A DNA stretch of 64,000 bases, taken from assembly GCF_009834535.1 (NCBI RefSeq), contig NC_045705.1, positions 55,738,001-55,802,000 of the forward strand, read 5' to 3'. Origin of the DNA: Camelus ferus. Taxonomy: Eukaryota. The notes beneath the pieces were generated by a model that was not told the origin of the DNA, did not search any database, and saw only the letters and a program-made list of their open reading frames with translations. This document shows, one piece after another, positions 36,241 to 49,200 of the stretch. Positions within the stretch are counted from its first letter, which is position 1; each line of letters begins with the position of its first letter. A program made the translations under genes and the position numbers.

Positions 36241-37681
36241 CTAGATGTGTTTTTTAGGTTATGATTTTTAATTCCTATTTTGTACAAACTTGACCCTGGA
36301 GCCCAGTGCAGTGTCTAACACATGGCTGGCACCACTCTATACGAAAAACTGAGTAAGTGAATGAGCGAGTTGAGTGCTTACCCTTTGTCCAAATTAATTG
36401 TACCTAAAGGTGGAGGTTGAGTCTTGTTTTTACTGAGTTCAGAACAAGCAGGACAGGGAGAAGGGTATGGGGGAAATGGGACTTTTATAGAGAGACATGG
36501 CAGGGCTGGGAGAATTCCTGCTGGAAAGGAAGTTCTACTGAGTTTTTCCTGGAAATGAAAGAAATTGTCCATGTTGAGGGCCAACAGATGTTTCTCTGCT
36601 TCTAAAAAACAGGAATCCATTCATCAGCACATCACCGTGGCTACCGACAATGTAATTACAACATTCACAGCACAGGGGACACAGGTGAGACTTAAAGAGA
36701 AAATCCCTGAAAAGAGAGACTTTCACTATGCAATGAGCAATTAGCTCTGTACTTTAAGTCCATCTTCTAAACATTCTTCTGCTTCAATTTAATGTATTCT
36801 ATGTTAAAAAATGAATCAGTGAAGGAGACCACTGTCTCTAAAATGCAGAAGATGCAGATGGAGCCAGGCCTAAGCTCAAGGACAGGAATCAGAACAGGGA
36901 GGGGACATTCCCACGTGGTCAAACTCCTGTCAACCCACGTCTTGTGCCCGGGGTGGCAGAGCACATTGGAACGGGGGAGAGGGGATCCCGGATACTGGGG
37001 AAGTCACAGGGGTTGTCCATATTAATACACAAAGACTGAGGGCTGGGCCTCCTCTGCTTTGTTAACTGCTCTGGCACACAGAATGCACTTAATACGTGTG
37101 ATGTTAGATGAATGGCTGTTTGGTGAAGAAAGGAAAGGGAAGGCTGAGAGCACCAGCCAGCCGGGCAGGCAGGGGTCTGTGGAGACCAGAGGGTTGCTGA
37201 CATCCTGATGCAGTGGGAGGCTGATTTCCAGGCAGAAGCCAGGAAGGGCCCGGCTTGGCCACGGAGACCCAGGTCAGGAGGAGAGAGGCAGCCCTTCCCT
37301 CTGGCCTTAGTAAGAGAATGTTGCAGATAATTGCTCCTCTTCTCTAGGGAGAGCAAGCCCTGAGCCTTTCTCTGGCTCTGGGTCTGTGCAAACATGCTGA
37401 GGGTATCACAAGTGAAAGCATCTTTATGGGATCGTGGATTCAGGACTTCATTTTGAAAACGAAGAAACTAAGTAAGGCCCAGCTGGGGAGTACATCTGCC
37501 TGAGGTCTTTTTAGCCTTAAGAGAGGAACCAGGATTAGAACTCAGACCACGTCCTTCCAGGGTCACTGCTCGTTTGGATGCCTCTACCCTCCCCTCTTCT
37601 TGTCTCTTCTCTCTTTCTTCTCGTATGACCCCCTAATATCCACCCCTGAAACCCTGGCCCCGGACGGCAGTGCACACTCAC

Positions 37682-38240
37682 CGACAGCTGCTGACTTTAG
37701 AAAAGAAAAGCCAGGTCATCTGCACTGAAGGAGGAAGAGGGCGGGCAGGAGGGCCCCGGGGTCAGTGAGCGGCACCGCTGTGGCTGTCAGGGAGGGATTT
37801 ATCCTCCTCCTTCCTCTGTGCATGGGAAGCACCACGGCTCCACCTGGGAGAAGCTGGGGACAAACAGCGAGTCCCCAGGGCTGGGGGCTCTGAGGACAGG
37901 AGCTGTCAGGACTCTCCCCTCCTTGGCCTGCATCCCTCTCTCCTTCCGTGGGCTCGCGGGAGGCCAAAGGGCCCTGACTTTATAGTGTTCAGTGTCCAGG
38001 CTTTGGCTGCTGACAGGTGTCTGCTGCGGCAACGTGGTCCTGCCTCAGCCACTACTTCTGCTTCATGAGGAAACCAGTCCCAGGCACCCATCACCTCACT
38101 GACCCCTTTGCTCACTGGAAGGAGCCAGAGTTTGCTAGAGAAGCGGGACGTGACGGATGAAGATTATCCATGTGACCTGCACAGCGGCTCCAAATTGCTC
38201 CTCTTCCCTGAAGCCCCACAGCCCCAGGGCCCCAGGGGCC
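37682..38240 (-). promoter_or_regulatory. Candidate promoter and first exon of OR51M1
   Basis: Minus-strand TATAAA at 37979-37984, O/E-like CCCCAGGG sites (37873, ~38222, ~38230), GC-rich ~270-nt exon ending in a consensus donor CG|GTGAGT (GT at 37681-37680). Matching acceptor at 32641. Confidence 0.55.
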
Positions 38241-39196
38241 TCTCTCTCCTGCTCTCGCTTTCATGCCTGTTTCTGCATTCCCTTTACAAGGCCATGAATG
38301 TGTCCTTCGTCTCTGTCAGTGATGGTGTCTTTGAGCCCAGAGGTCAACCAGATTAAAATGTTTTATCTACACCCCCACCCCAAATACATTTTCAGGCCTG
38401 TCTCAGGCTTTTCCAAGGCTCTCTACTCAGCCTTGAGTGTGTGGGGCAATCCTTCAACGAGCCCTATGGTAAGCTAAGTGTCCCTAACATTTCCGCTCTT
38501 CTTGCCTTCTTCTCTCCTCTGGTAGCACACACCATCATTTTAGAAAATCCATTTTCCCCTCTCAGTCTATGTTGTAGAACCTGAATTGATGAGGTCAGGT
38601 CATATGCACATTTCTTTTCCCTTTCCACGTGTGTGCACACACACAAAGGCACAGATTGGCATGAACAAGGCAGTATATTGTTATTATCTTTCAAGCTGCG
38701 AAATACTGATCAGAGTTGTGTGAGGGCAAACCCCCAAATGGGGCAAATAGATCCAAAACACCCAGGTAGGATGCAGTACAAATTTAGACCTGGTTCAGAA
38801 CACGTGGTTATGGCCAGATGCAGGCAGGCACAGTCAGGTGACAGGGCAGGGTGCAGGGGGCATCTTACTGAATTGTACTTGAGGATGTGGTCTGGGCACA
38901 GACTTCATCTAGGCTTGTAGGAGAGGAAGTCCCTGTCAGAAAAATTTGAGACTGACTGAGCTCAGCCCCTTTCCACAAGGAACACAAGACCTGACCCTGT
39001 TCTGTATCAGAGATTAAGAAAACTTGTATGGGAGAGAGAGACAAAGATATATTTGATTCTAGAATTCTTTTCAGGGTCCCAATATATGTTATGTTTAAGG
39101 GACCTTTTACCCAGAATCAGTACCAAGTCAACTGGGTCAAGCTTGATGGGGTAAGAGATTAATGCAGAAATGAAACAGTCCCGCCAGTATACATGC

Positions 39197-39230
39197 TGTA
39201 GTTTTTCAATACAACCATCAGGGGGAGCCT
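39197..39230 (+). promoter_or_regulatory. Candidate CTCF site (core plus upstream module), putative HS-111/HS-62 orthologue
   Basis: TGTAGTTTTT-CAATA-CAACCATCAGGGGGAGCCT. Same module spacing as chicken HS4 FII. Lies between OR51M1 and OR51B6. Confidence 0.5.
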
Positions 39231-39633
39231 TATGCTCCCAAATAGGCTTAAATTCAAATTCTTCTCCCCCTCCCTTCATAACCCCTTCTCAAAAGGTTAA
39301 GAAAATAGAACTTTCCTCCCAGCACCATCTTCCCACATCCTCTGCACCTCTCATATAGCTCTGAAAATTTCCAGTCAGTCTATTCCACCTCTAAAGATGA
39401 TCTCCATCTCAGGCACACACACGACAAACCCACTCAAGCCCACCTGAAATCCTGAACTGACAGAGAGGATACATATTTCTCTACTTTCTCAAATTTTGAA
39501 GACAGTTTTATTGACCAAGCTTTGGATCCCCAGTCTGGCCAGACAGACCTAAATGAAATCCTTGCTCAGAGTTCTCTGTCGCTTCATGTTCACCGACTCA
39601 GTTGGGGACGGGTGCTCTGTCACAGAAAATGGC

Positions 39634-40175
39634 TGTAGGTTGCAGGGGAGCAGAATTTGTCATCCCAAAATATGCCTTTTTGGCATAAACATTATTTAAG
39701 ACTGATTATTTTTAAGAAACAGCAGACACAGGAGAAGCTCTGAAAACCTTTTGTACGTGATATTTATCATTTATAAGGGAGCTCTCTATTTGTAAGCGTG
39801 TCTCCCTCTCTGTAACAAGAAATGGAGACTGACTAAATCTCTAGAGACTTATCTGTGGAGAAGACATGGACTGAAACCTGCATAACAAACTTACCCTTGT
39901 TTACTGTGCTTTTCCAGATTGCCTTTCATAAGCGTATCCCCGACACCCCAACATCTTCTTTTGTCTTTGGCTGGAGATGATATTATTTAAGGTAGTGACC
40001 TGGGTCATTTCAGGGAACTACTCAGTTTTCCTGGGTCTCTCCCATGTATATAGGAGTATACACAATATTAATTAAGCTTTTGTTTGTTTTTCTCCTGTTA
40101 ATCTGTTGTTTATAACAAGGGGTTTCTGCCAAGAACCGAGAAAGGTAGAAGAAAAATTATTTCTCCTCGGCCACA
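39634..40175 (+). mobile_element. ERV1 solo LTR (MER34/MER39-like)
   Basis: Start tgtaggttgcaggggagcagaatttgtcatcccaaaatatgcc, end agaaaaattatttctcctcggccaca. Imperfect 4-bp flank tggc/aggc. Confidence 0.75.
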
Positions 40176-40557
40176 AGGCTGAGCTCACTCTTTTCTGAGC
40201 TGAGGTGCAGGCCTGTTGGATGAAGCCTTCCCTGGATGAACTCCATTTTGTGGTGTGTCACTGACTGCATCTTCGAGGCTGGCAAGACCCACAGAGTTTC
40301 AGATTGCAGAAATACTCTATCCTTATCTAGAGCCCTTGAAAAAGTTTCCAGTTGTAGTTTATTTTGTCCGTTCTCCTGCAACACTGGCTGTCTGCAGCTA
40401 CGTAAACACAGAACTGCATGATTCCAGAAAGTCTGCAATGTTCTCCTAGTGGAAGGTTCCACATCTTCCCACAGCAGCCCTTTTAGAAAGTTCTTCTTTC
40501 TTTATAGCCTCCCTCTGTCTGTCCACTCATTCTGAAGAGGAACAAATTTCTATTCTT

Positions 40558-41730
40558 TTTTTTTTTTTTAACATTTTTTATTGATTTATAATCATTTTAC
40601 AATGTTGTGTCAAATTCCAGTGTTCAGCACAATTTTTCAGTTATTCATGGACACATACACACTCATTGTCACATTTTTTTCTCTGCGAGTTATCATAACA
40701 TTTTGTGTATATTTCCCTGTGCTATACAGTGTAGTCTATTCTACAATTTTGAAATCCCAGTCTATCCCTTCTCACCCTCCACCCCCCTGGTAACCACAAG
40801 TCTGTATTCTCCGTCTGTGAGTCTATTTCTGTCCTTTATTTACGCTTTGTTTTTGTTTGTTTGTTTGTTTTTGTTTTTGTTTTTTAGATTCCACATATGA
40901 GCGATCTCACATGGTATTTTTCTTTCTCTTTCTGGCTTACTTCACTTAGAATGACATTCTCCAGGAGCATCCATGTTGCCGCAAATGNNNNNNNNNNNNN
41001 NNNNNNNNNNNNNNNNNNNNNNNNNNNNNNNNNNNNNNNNNNNNNNNNNNNNNNNNNNNNNNNNNNNNNNNNNNNNNNNNNNNNNNNNNNNNNNNNNNNN
41101 NNNNNNNNNNNNNNNNNNNNNNNNNNNNNNNNNNNNNNNNNNTCCTGAAGTAGATTTCCTTCTGGATACAAGCCCAGGAGTGGGATTCCTGGGTCATATG
41201 GTAAGNNNNNNNNNNNNNNNNNNNNNNNNNNNNNNNNNNNNNNNNNNNNNNNNNNNNNNNNNNNNNNNNNNNNNNNNNNNNNNNNNNNNNNNNNNNNNNN
41301 NNNNNNNNNNNNNNNNNNNNNNNNNNNNNNNNNNNNNNNNNNNNNNNNNNNNNNNNNNNNNNNNNNNNNNNNNNNNNNNNNNNNNNNNNNNNNNNNNNNN
41401 NNNNNNNNNNNNNNNNNNNNNNNNNNNNNNNNNNNNNNNNNNNNNNNNNNNNNNNNNNNNNNNNNNNNNNNNNNNNNNNNNNCTTCTGCCCATTTTTGGA
41501 TTGGGTTGTTTATTTTTTTCTTATTGAGTCGTATGAGCTGCTTATATATTCTGGAGATCAAGCCTTTGTCGGTTTCACTTGCAAAAATTTTCTCCCATTC
41601 TGTAGGTTTTCTTCTTGTTTTATTTCTGGTTTCCTTTGCTGTGCAGAAGCTTGTAAGTTTCATTAGGTCCCATTTGTTTATTCTTGCTTTTATTTCTTCT
41701 AGGAGAAAATTTTTTAAATGTATGTCAGAT
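40558..41730 (-). mobile_element. Young 5'-truncated L1 with ORF2 C-terminus, 16-bp TSD; two N-runs inside
   Basis: ORF2 [11 protein letters not shown]...EWEKIF...LPYDPGIPLLGLYP...SEVSQKEKEKY. TSD ACAAATTTCTATTCTT at 40542-40557 and 41731-41746. Confidence 0.93.
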
Positions 41731-43139
41731 ACAAATTTCTATTCTTATTGTAGGCGGTTATCAGAGATACCCCTTTTGGAAAGCCAAGGTTCTATCCCCT
41801 CCTTCCCCCAAACATGGGCTAAGCCCACCTGTCTTTTTCATCTGTCTATCTCAACTCATGGCCCAGGAAGCTTAGAAAACTCAAGCACCTGTCTCACCAA
41901 AGCAGGTCTGACATTTCCCAAACTGTTTCTGAGGCCACTTCCTCACCTCTACCACAAACCTTTTCTATGTGAAAAAAAAAGACAACTTCCCCAGGCTGGT
42001 CTCCTTGCTGTTCAATCAGTGGCCACCAGTATGTTGTGTGTGCATTCCACCTGACTGGACAGCCCCTGTCCCGCGCGCTCTAGGCAGACAAAGGATTAGA
42101 CTCTGCCTACAGTAAGTATATCTTGCAACTTGTTGGAGAAATGATACTAAGAGTTTCAAAGCCTTTAAAATGCTTTAAGGAGAGTAATAAAAACAGACAT
42201 TATTGTTGATGTTAGAGGAATGGAAAATACTTGGGAAAATCTTATAATAATTCCAGTAGGAGATGAACAAAGTCATGGGATACAGGCAAAGAGAAGAGAC
42301 CAACGAGGCGCATGTTCAGAGAGTACGATCCCCATAACGTGCAGACATCAAGGTGTGAGTGGAGTCTGATACCCAGACACTTTGACACCTATACATTGTA
42401 TTTCAAGTCTTATTGTTGAGTCCTAGCTTCCCTAACTGCTGGGATCCTCCCGGTTTCTTTGTAATAACCTATAGTTTGAGTCCAGATAGATCCATTGCCT
42501 TCTGAAATCTTCTGCTCATTTCTCTTTTTCCTCTTTATCGAAACCATATTAGTGGCTGAGCTATGATCAAGGAGGAAACATCAGTTTAACCAGCTACTAG
42601 ACTCAGTGTGGAGTTCCCCGAAGAGAAAGAATTTCTTAGAAAGGCTCAGTGAGGGAGTTGCCCTCCCCTCTGCCCCCAAACAAATTTTGAGACCAGAGCC
42701 AGGCCAAGAGTAAGCAAGATAGGCACCCAGAGAGCAAAATTTAAGCAGACACTCGTTAGTGAGAAGAGATGCCACTAAGAGAATCTAAGAGATTCTCTAA
42801 GAGAATCCTGGAATGGTGACCATGTCCTTCATTTCAGGTTTTGATGGGCCATCTCAAGTTGCTCTCCACAATCTAGCTTCAATACAGAGCGAAGGCATTT
42901 TGGGTGAGATCCAAAAATGCTCCTTGCTTCTCCTTGGTTAAGTAGTGTTCTCTCAAACAGTTTGACTGAAACCAGCCCCTTATCTTTCATTAACTTAACA
43001 TTCTTTGTCTTGTTCCCTAATGTAGCTCCATAATGTCTATAAGGATGAGAAATTTGGATATAGATAAGATGAGGATGAGGAATGTAAAGTAAAAAAAAAG
43101 GAGAATCCCAGTAGAGAAGAAAAAAAAAAAAAACCTAAA

Positions 43140-43560
43140 ATCTAAAATGTATTGAATGAAATAAATTCACAAAGGAAAGAAATTTATGGTTACCGGGGGG
43201 AAAGGGGGTGAGAAGGGATAAATTGGGAGTTCGAGATTTGCAGATACTAGCTAACATATATATAATAGATAAACAAGTTTCTACTGCATAGCACAGGGAA
43301 CTGTATTCAATATCTTGTAGTCACCGATAATGAAAAGTAATACGTAAAGGAATATACGTATGTAAGTGTATGACTGAACTATTATGCTGAGCACTAGAAA
43401 TTGACACAACATTGTAAACTGACTACATCATATATGTATGACTGAATCACTCTTTTGTACATTTGGAACTAATACAACTATGCAACATTGTAAATTAACT
43501 ATACTTCAATAAAAGATTAAAACAAAATAAATGATAAATAAACAAAAATAAAATTTATTG
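43140..43560 (+). mobile_element. L1 3' UTR fragment adjoining older L1M remnant (to ~43910)
   Basis: tttatggttaccgggggg...gggataaattgggagttcgagatttgcagatac...tatacttcaataaaag. Confidence 0.8.
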
Positions 43561-43924
43561 GATGAAATCCAAATTATTTGAACAACAGAGGAAAGGCTAA
43601 GTTAACTGAATTTTAAGACACATCAATATAAATCATCCAAACAGAAACATTGAATAAAGCAAAAATATATTTAAAAATTAAGAATCTCAGAGGTATGTGA
43701 GACAGTTTCAAACTATTATATGAGCAATTAGAGTTGTAAAAGAAGAGATTTTTTTCAAAAAAAATTTCAAAACACTATTGCCTGAATTTTTAAATAATTT
43801 GAATGTAAACAGTAGTCATGATTTCATATGCTCAGCAAATTGTGAGCAAGGCCAATTAAAAAAGAAAGCATATAGCTAAATGTATATATTTCAAATTGTA
43901 GAAAACAAGTAATATACACACACA

Positions 43925-44489
43925 GAAACGGAGCAGGACTCTGTTGGGTCCTCCCTGGTAGAAATCTTTTGCGTGTCCCTCATTTCTTTTTGTAGGAAAT
44001 ACACTTCATTCACACTCCCTGACCTTCCCTGAATTACAAAGGGTAGGCTCAAAAAGCTGCTAATCAGGGAAGGGAGGGAATGCAGAGACATGAGAGGAAG
44101 ACTCAAGCAACAATAGTGCAGACTTGGGGCAGGGTCCTGGGTCTGCAAGGAATACACATAAGAGTATCTTTGAGTTCTTCCGCAGGAACTAGGGCCCCTA
44201 CCCAGGTGCAGGATGGCAACTTCAGGCTGAGCACTAGATTCCTGTACAATGCCCTGTTACCTCAGCACCAGCCATTCAGGAGAACATCACAAACCCTGCC
44301 ACCCTCACCCCAAATTTGGCCCATTAAAAAAAAAACCATCAAAAAGAAAAAACAAAAACATATCAGGGTGTTTAGGTTTTTTTTGAACCCTGAGCTTCAT
44401 GTTCTCATTGCTTGGCTCTGCAATAAACCTCTCTCTGCTTGAAGCTCCAAAGTTTTGGTTTCTTCAGCTTCACTGTGAACTTCTATTCA
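43925..44489 (+). mobile_element. Solo LTR, probably ERV1
   Basis: gaaacggagcaggactc start, AATAAA at ~44423 followed by U5-like cctctctctgcttgaagctcc...ctattca. TSD unclear because of CA repeats on both sides. Confidence 0.65.
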
Positions 44490-44599
44490 GACACACACAC
44501 ACACACACACACACACCCCTTAAAAATAGCCATAGATAAAGACACTTTCATTACATAACAGAAAACTATTAAAAAAAAAAAACTTACCAAAATTTTCAT

Positions 44600-46205
44600 G
44601 GGGAACAACAGTCAGGGGAAGAAAAAAGACACATACCACATGACACAGGGTGTGCCTTCACCCCCAGGCCTGGGGGTTGACTAACTGATTAATTGGTTGA
44701 CTGATTGACTGATAACTCATGACACATGGTGCACTTCAACCCCAAGGCCTGGGGCTGGAGGAACAAACCTTCTCATAGAGACATGACACGGGGTGTGCCT
44801 CCATCCCCAACCCCGTGTCACCCTCAGGCCTTCTGATTGACTGATTGATTGATTGATTGACAACTCCGTTTCCCAGAGCTCTGGTTGATTGAGGGCTCAG
44901 GTTTCTTGTGTTCTGGATTTTTCCTTTCCCCTTCCTCTCCCTTCCCCCAATGCTCATTTCTATCTAAGCTACCTTCGATTCCCCCCTCTAGTTATAGAAC
45001 CCCAAATCTTGGGGACGTTGAGAGTGAGGGCTGCTCTAGCTACTTCCTGCTGATCTGGGGTGATGATGGAGCTTGTTGGGGTCCCAGATTAGCTGGCTGT
45101 CCTTGCACAGGATGTGAGCAAAGGGTTGGTGTTCATCGAGGTGCTTGGATATGTGTGGTCTTGGCTGACTGGTTGATTACCTTGTTATATAATCATTTGA
45201 AGTTTATCTCTAGATGAGAAGAAACACTTTTCATAAGAAGGTTGAAAAGACAGAGGTCAAATATAGAGAGCTAATCCTAGCCAAAGGATGAAAGGGGCAA
45301 ATAAAGGTCTTAAAAATTTTTGAATTCTGTGCTTTCTGTTGGTTTAGGGTTTAGAAAGCAGATGTTGGAGTGTTAGTCCAGTGAACTAAAGGAGGAGTAA
45401 AAAGAGGGACCCTAATGTCAGAGACATTTTCAATTAGTATTAAAACAGTTTGGTGGGGGCCCTCAAAGAGAAAAGATTTGAACCAGGAGACATTTAAGGA
45501 AGAGGTTTCTCTAACAGGGATCCATAGTCCCCTAGGGCGATGGAAGAGTCTCACTGCAGTGTTTCTTGGAAAGCAGTTGCAGATCGCTAAGAGGTTCACG
45601 AGAATGTGTGCGGTGAACCAGATCTCATCAGGGTTTTCCAGGGGTTGGTCGGTGAGATCTGTTCTAGCTCCTAGAGAAATGGATAGGGTCTTATGACATA
45701 GGCAAAAGGGAAGAGACTCGTCTGGTGATGGTAATAGTGTAGCAGGATTGAGTGTCCCACAAACAGAGACAGTGACATCTGGGTTTTCCAGTAGTAATGC
45801 TTGATATTTAAGAGGCCGAACATCTGAGAGCCAGAAATGTCTCTTGCCTTTTAAAAGGTCAGAAACTTGATGGTTAGCATATGCTTGTATAGGGGTCCCC
45901 AGAGTTAGCTTAAAAGCTTCCTCCAGGAGAGTGGAGAGGGCTCCCAACACTCTTAGGCAGGAAGGCCAGCCTCGAGCAGTGGGATCTAGCCGCTTGGAGC
46001 GGTATCCCATAGGCTGTTGGGTAGGACCCAGCCGTTGGGTGAGGACCCCCAAGGCTATTCCTCCTCTCTCATGAACAGAGAATTGGAAGGGCCTTGTGGG
46101 ATTTGGAAGCCCCAAGGCTGCGGATCTCACTAGGAGATTTTTGTGATTCTTCTATTGCTTCCTGTTGGGAAGGACCCCACTGGAGATGTCTTCCCAATCA
46201 TCTAC
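44600..46205 (-). mobile_element. Deleted gammaretrovirus-like (ERV1) provirus: RT connection, IN C-terminus, env remnants, PPT, U3 of 3' LTR
   Basis: LQWGPSQQEA...AALGLP...LGVLTQRLGP...SKRLDPTARGWPSCLR...LNPATLLP...DLTDQPLENPDEIWFT; EPLSDLQLL (IN end); env TM remnant CLFNLLMK; CAGCAGGAAGTAGCTAGA; PPT AGAGGGGGGAA at ~44979-44989. Confidence 0.88.
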
Positions 46206-46214
46206 CCCTAAGGC

Positions 46215-49200
46215 CCCTTCTGGGCAGCTGGGGACCCCAGACCCCCATGAATCAGCTCATGGATCTGGTGTTTCAAGTATTGAACAATAGAGGCAGGGCT
46301 AAAGAGGCAAAAAGGCTTCAGGGACAACAGCAAAAGGCGCAGTTCTTAGCGGCAGCCTTCATCTCCGCACCACCTCAGAGTTACCCTCCACCCAAGACCC
46401 GTGGTGAGGACAGGATCCCGGATGCCTGCATCAGAGCCACTGTCTCACCAAAAAGGAACTTGTTTTAAGTACAGCCAGGAGGGCCACTGGGAAAACAAAT
46501 GCCCTGTGAATGGGAAAAGTCCACCAGGACCCTGCCCCCTACGCAAACAAAAAGGCCACTGGAAACAGGACTGCCCCCAGTCCTGAAGGGGGCTTGCGGC
46601 TCCCAAACCAATGATGGCTGAGATGACTAAAGACTGACGGGGCCCGGGACCCTCCCTGGCTCCCACAGGACACCGGGTCATTTCTCTGGTGGAGCCTTGA
46701 GTAACCCTTGATGTGGCAGGTAGAAAAGTTGTCTTCTTATTAGGTAAGGCAGCCACCTACTCTGTGCTGACTGATTTCCCTGGACCCTTGCCCTCCCAAT
46801 CCTGTGTAACAACGGGGATCAATAGAAGGTCCCAAACAAGGTGCTTACTAAAAATTTACTTTTACACAGGAGTTTTTGCTGGTGGCTGAGCGTCCCTTCC
46901 CCTCGTTGGGAAGGGACCTACTTGCTCAGTAAATACTAAGAAATAATCCAATTCAAAGGCCCTTACATGAAAGACACGCACCCCAAAAAAGGTCTCTTGG
47001 CTTCGGGAGCCTGCCTCAGTCCCAAGCCAGAAGAGGTCTCCCTTCCACCCCATATTAATTCTCAAGGAAACCCTCCTGTCTGGGAAACTGAGGTCCCTGA
47101 CAGAGCTACTACTGTTAGGTTATCATCAGAAATGGGACCACATGAGGCTACAGGCAAGCCTCTTCAGATCAAAGCCCAAACCAAGAGCCTTAATTAAAAA
47201 ACCTCTCAAACCCAGGAAGTCTCCTCAAAAGTGTTTGTAAATAGATGGCCAAATGGGAGGCCATCGGTTGGACTAAACTGACCATTGCTGATATTCAGAG
47301 CCTAATAAACATTTTTTTGGAAAAGTCTCCCCTAAGCTAAATGAGAAAAAACAAAACTGTCTTTGTTTTACAAATCTAGTCTTTACAGGACCAGAGGTGT
47401 GGCTCCAAAACTGATACAAAGCCCACCGACCCTTCTACCACTCCCCAAACCTCCCCTATGTATTTACCTTAAGAGGCAAGTATTTTAAAAAAAGATGTTT
47501 TTTTCTGGCCTTTGAAAAACAAAGTCTTTCTAGGAAAAACTTGCCTTTGAGATACAAATATTCTACCTTGTCTTCTCCAGGAACTCTGATCTCACCATCT
47601 TTTTAAAATGCAAATTTCAAAAAAGGGGGGTGGGGAGGGATAAATAATTTGGAACTTAATTTGTGAAGGACAAGTAAAAATTTTATCTCTTTTTTATAAA
47701 TATTAGTAAAGAGGCTTAGCCATCTAGATGGGCAACTTTGATTTGTTCTATCTGCCAAAAACCCCAGTTTAAATCCAACCTCTTTTGGAGCCAATGGGTT
47801 TTACTCTGTTATATCTGATTCATGACTGAAATTTAAAAATGGAAACTATAAGGTGTCTGGTTTGTGTGTCATAGACGTATGGTATCGGCACAATTAAATG
47901 GTAAAAAAGCTCTTTAATTGGCTGAAAGGAGATTAAGTACTTATATAAATACTCAAACATAGAGAAAACTGGCCAAAATAAATTTCAGGTTCACGTTATC
48001 CAAAAAGGATTCAGTGCTGGTATTGGTATTGAAGCCAGCTTAAGCTCGTTGGTTTAATTAACATAAACTTGTCTTTAGAGACAACAGTGTTAAGTATAAT
48101 ACTTCGGTTGTGCCCAGGCTTATAGAGGTCAAGCAAAACTTTATTATATCTGTTACAAATTTGTCAACAAAAAAAGTAACTCAATGTAAAAAAACTTTCA
48201 AAAAGTAAACAAAATAAGAGATCTGGGGTAAATTCTATAGGAGTTTTCTTTTGAAAGTCTACCTAAAATTATCTCTCCAAATTTTGGTACTTAAAACTTA
48301 AAACTAAGTTAAAAAGTTCACTGACTACCTATGTCATTTATAAAACATTAAAACATTAATTGATGGGCAGATCTAAGTTTATCTACCTTTGCCTTAGGAA
48401 AAAAAAAAAAAAAAAACACTAAAGTGTAAGTTTCCAGTCAGGAAACGGTGATATGATAACCAATTCACAGTTGCTTGCTTCTTGGTTTTTGCCAGAGATT
48501 CATGGTTTTTGAGGGTTAAAATAATAATACATGTAGTTAAAGCTCCTAAAATAAGTACTTCAGTATACAGTGGGAAAGTAAGATGTATGTTTCAGTAAGA
48601 GTTCGTAAAAAAAAAACTACGGAAAAAAACAGTTTTCATACATAATCAGGATTTTAAAAATCTAACAAATTCAAAAAGTTCTTTGTAGCCCCAGGTAACT
48701 TTAAGATGCTTTAAAGAAAACTTGAGACATCTCAGATATTAAGCTAACTAGGATTATTTAATATGTTAAATTAAATATAATCAGTCATAATTCTAGTCAT
48801 TACAAACAAATCTCTATCAATTACAGGTGTTTAACCATGCCTTTTAAATCTTTTTGTTGTTACAGAATGTCAAGTTGTTACAAAGGTGCTTCATCTTTAA
48901 AAACAATTCATCAGAAGTCAATGGAAACAGTGGGTTACAACAGTCCCAGTCAAATGATGGCCCATACCCTCAGCACTCTGGACACAAAAACAAAATGCTG
49001 TCCTGCCCCTGGGGCCCCGAGATTAGGCATTCAGAGGCTTTTTACTCCCTGATAGGCAGGGTCAATGCTCCTACTCAGCCTGGAAGTGGTTTCAGAAGAC
49101 GACCATCATCCCTCTACAACCCCTTAAGAAGATTATGGGAGTAAAATCTCTGAGATGGGGATGAGACAGGAAGGGGGCAGGGCACAGCCATTCAAGGAAT

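Noticed and set aside
45351-46130. 259-aa ORF as a possible domesticated retroviral gene
   Set aside because: A pol fragment cut before the RNase H DGS motif and fused out of frame to IN/env remnants; neighbouring gag and pro have stops, frameshifts and lost catalytic residues.
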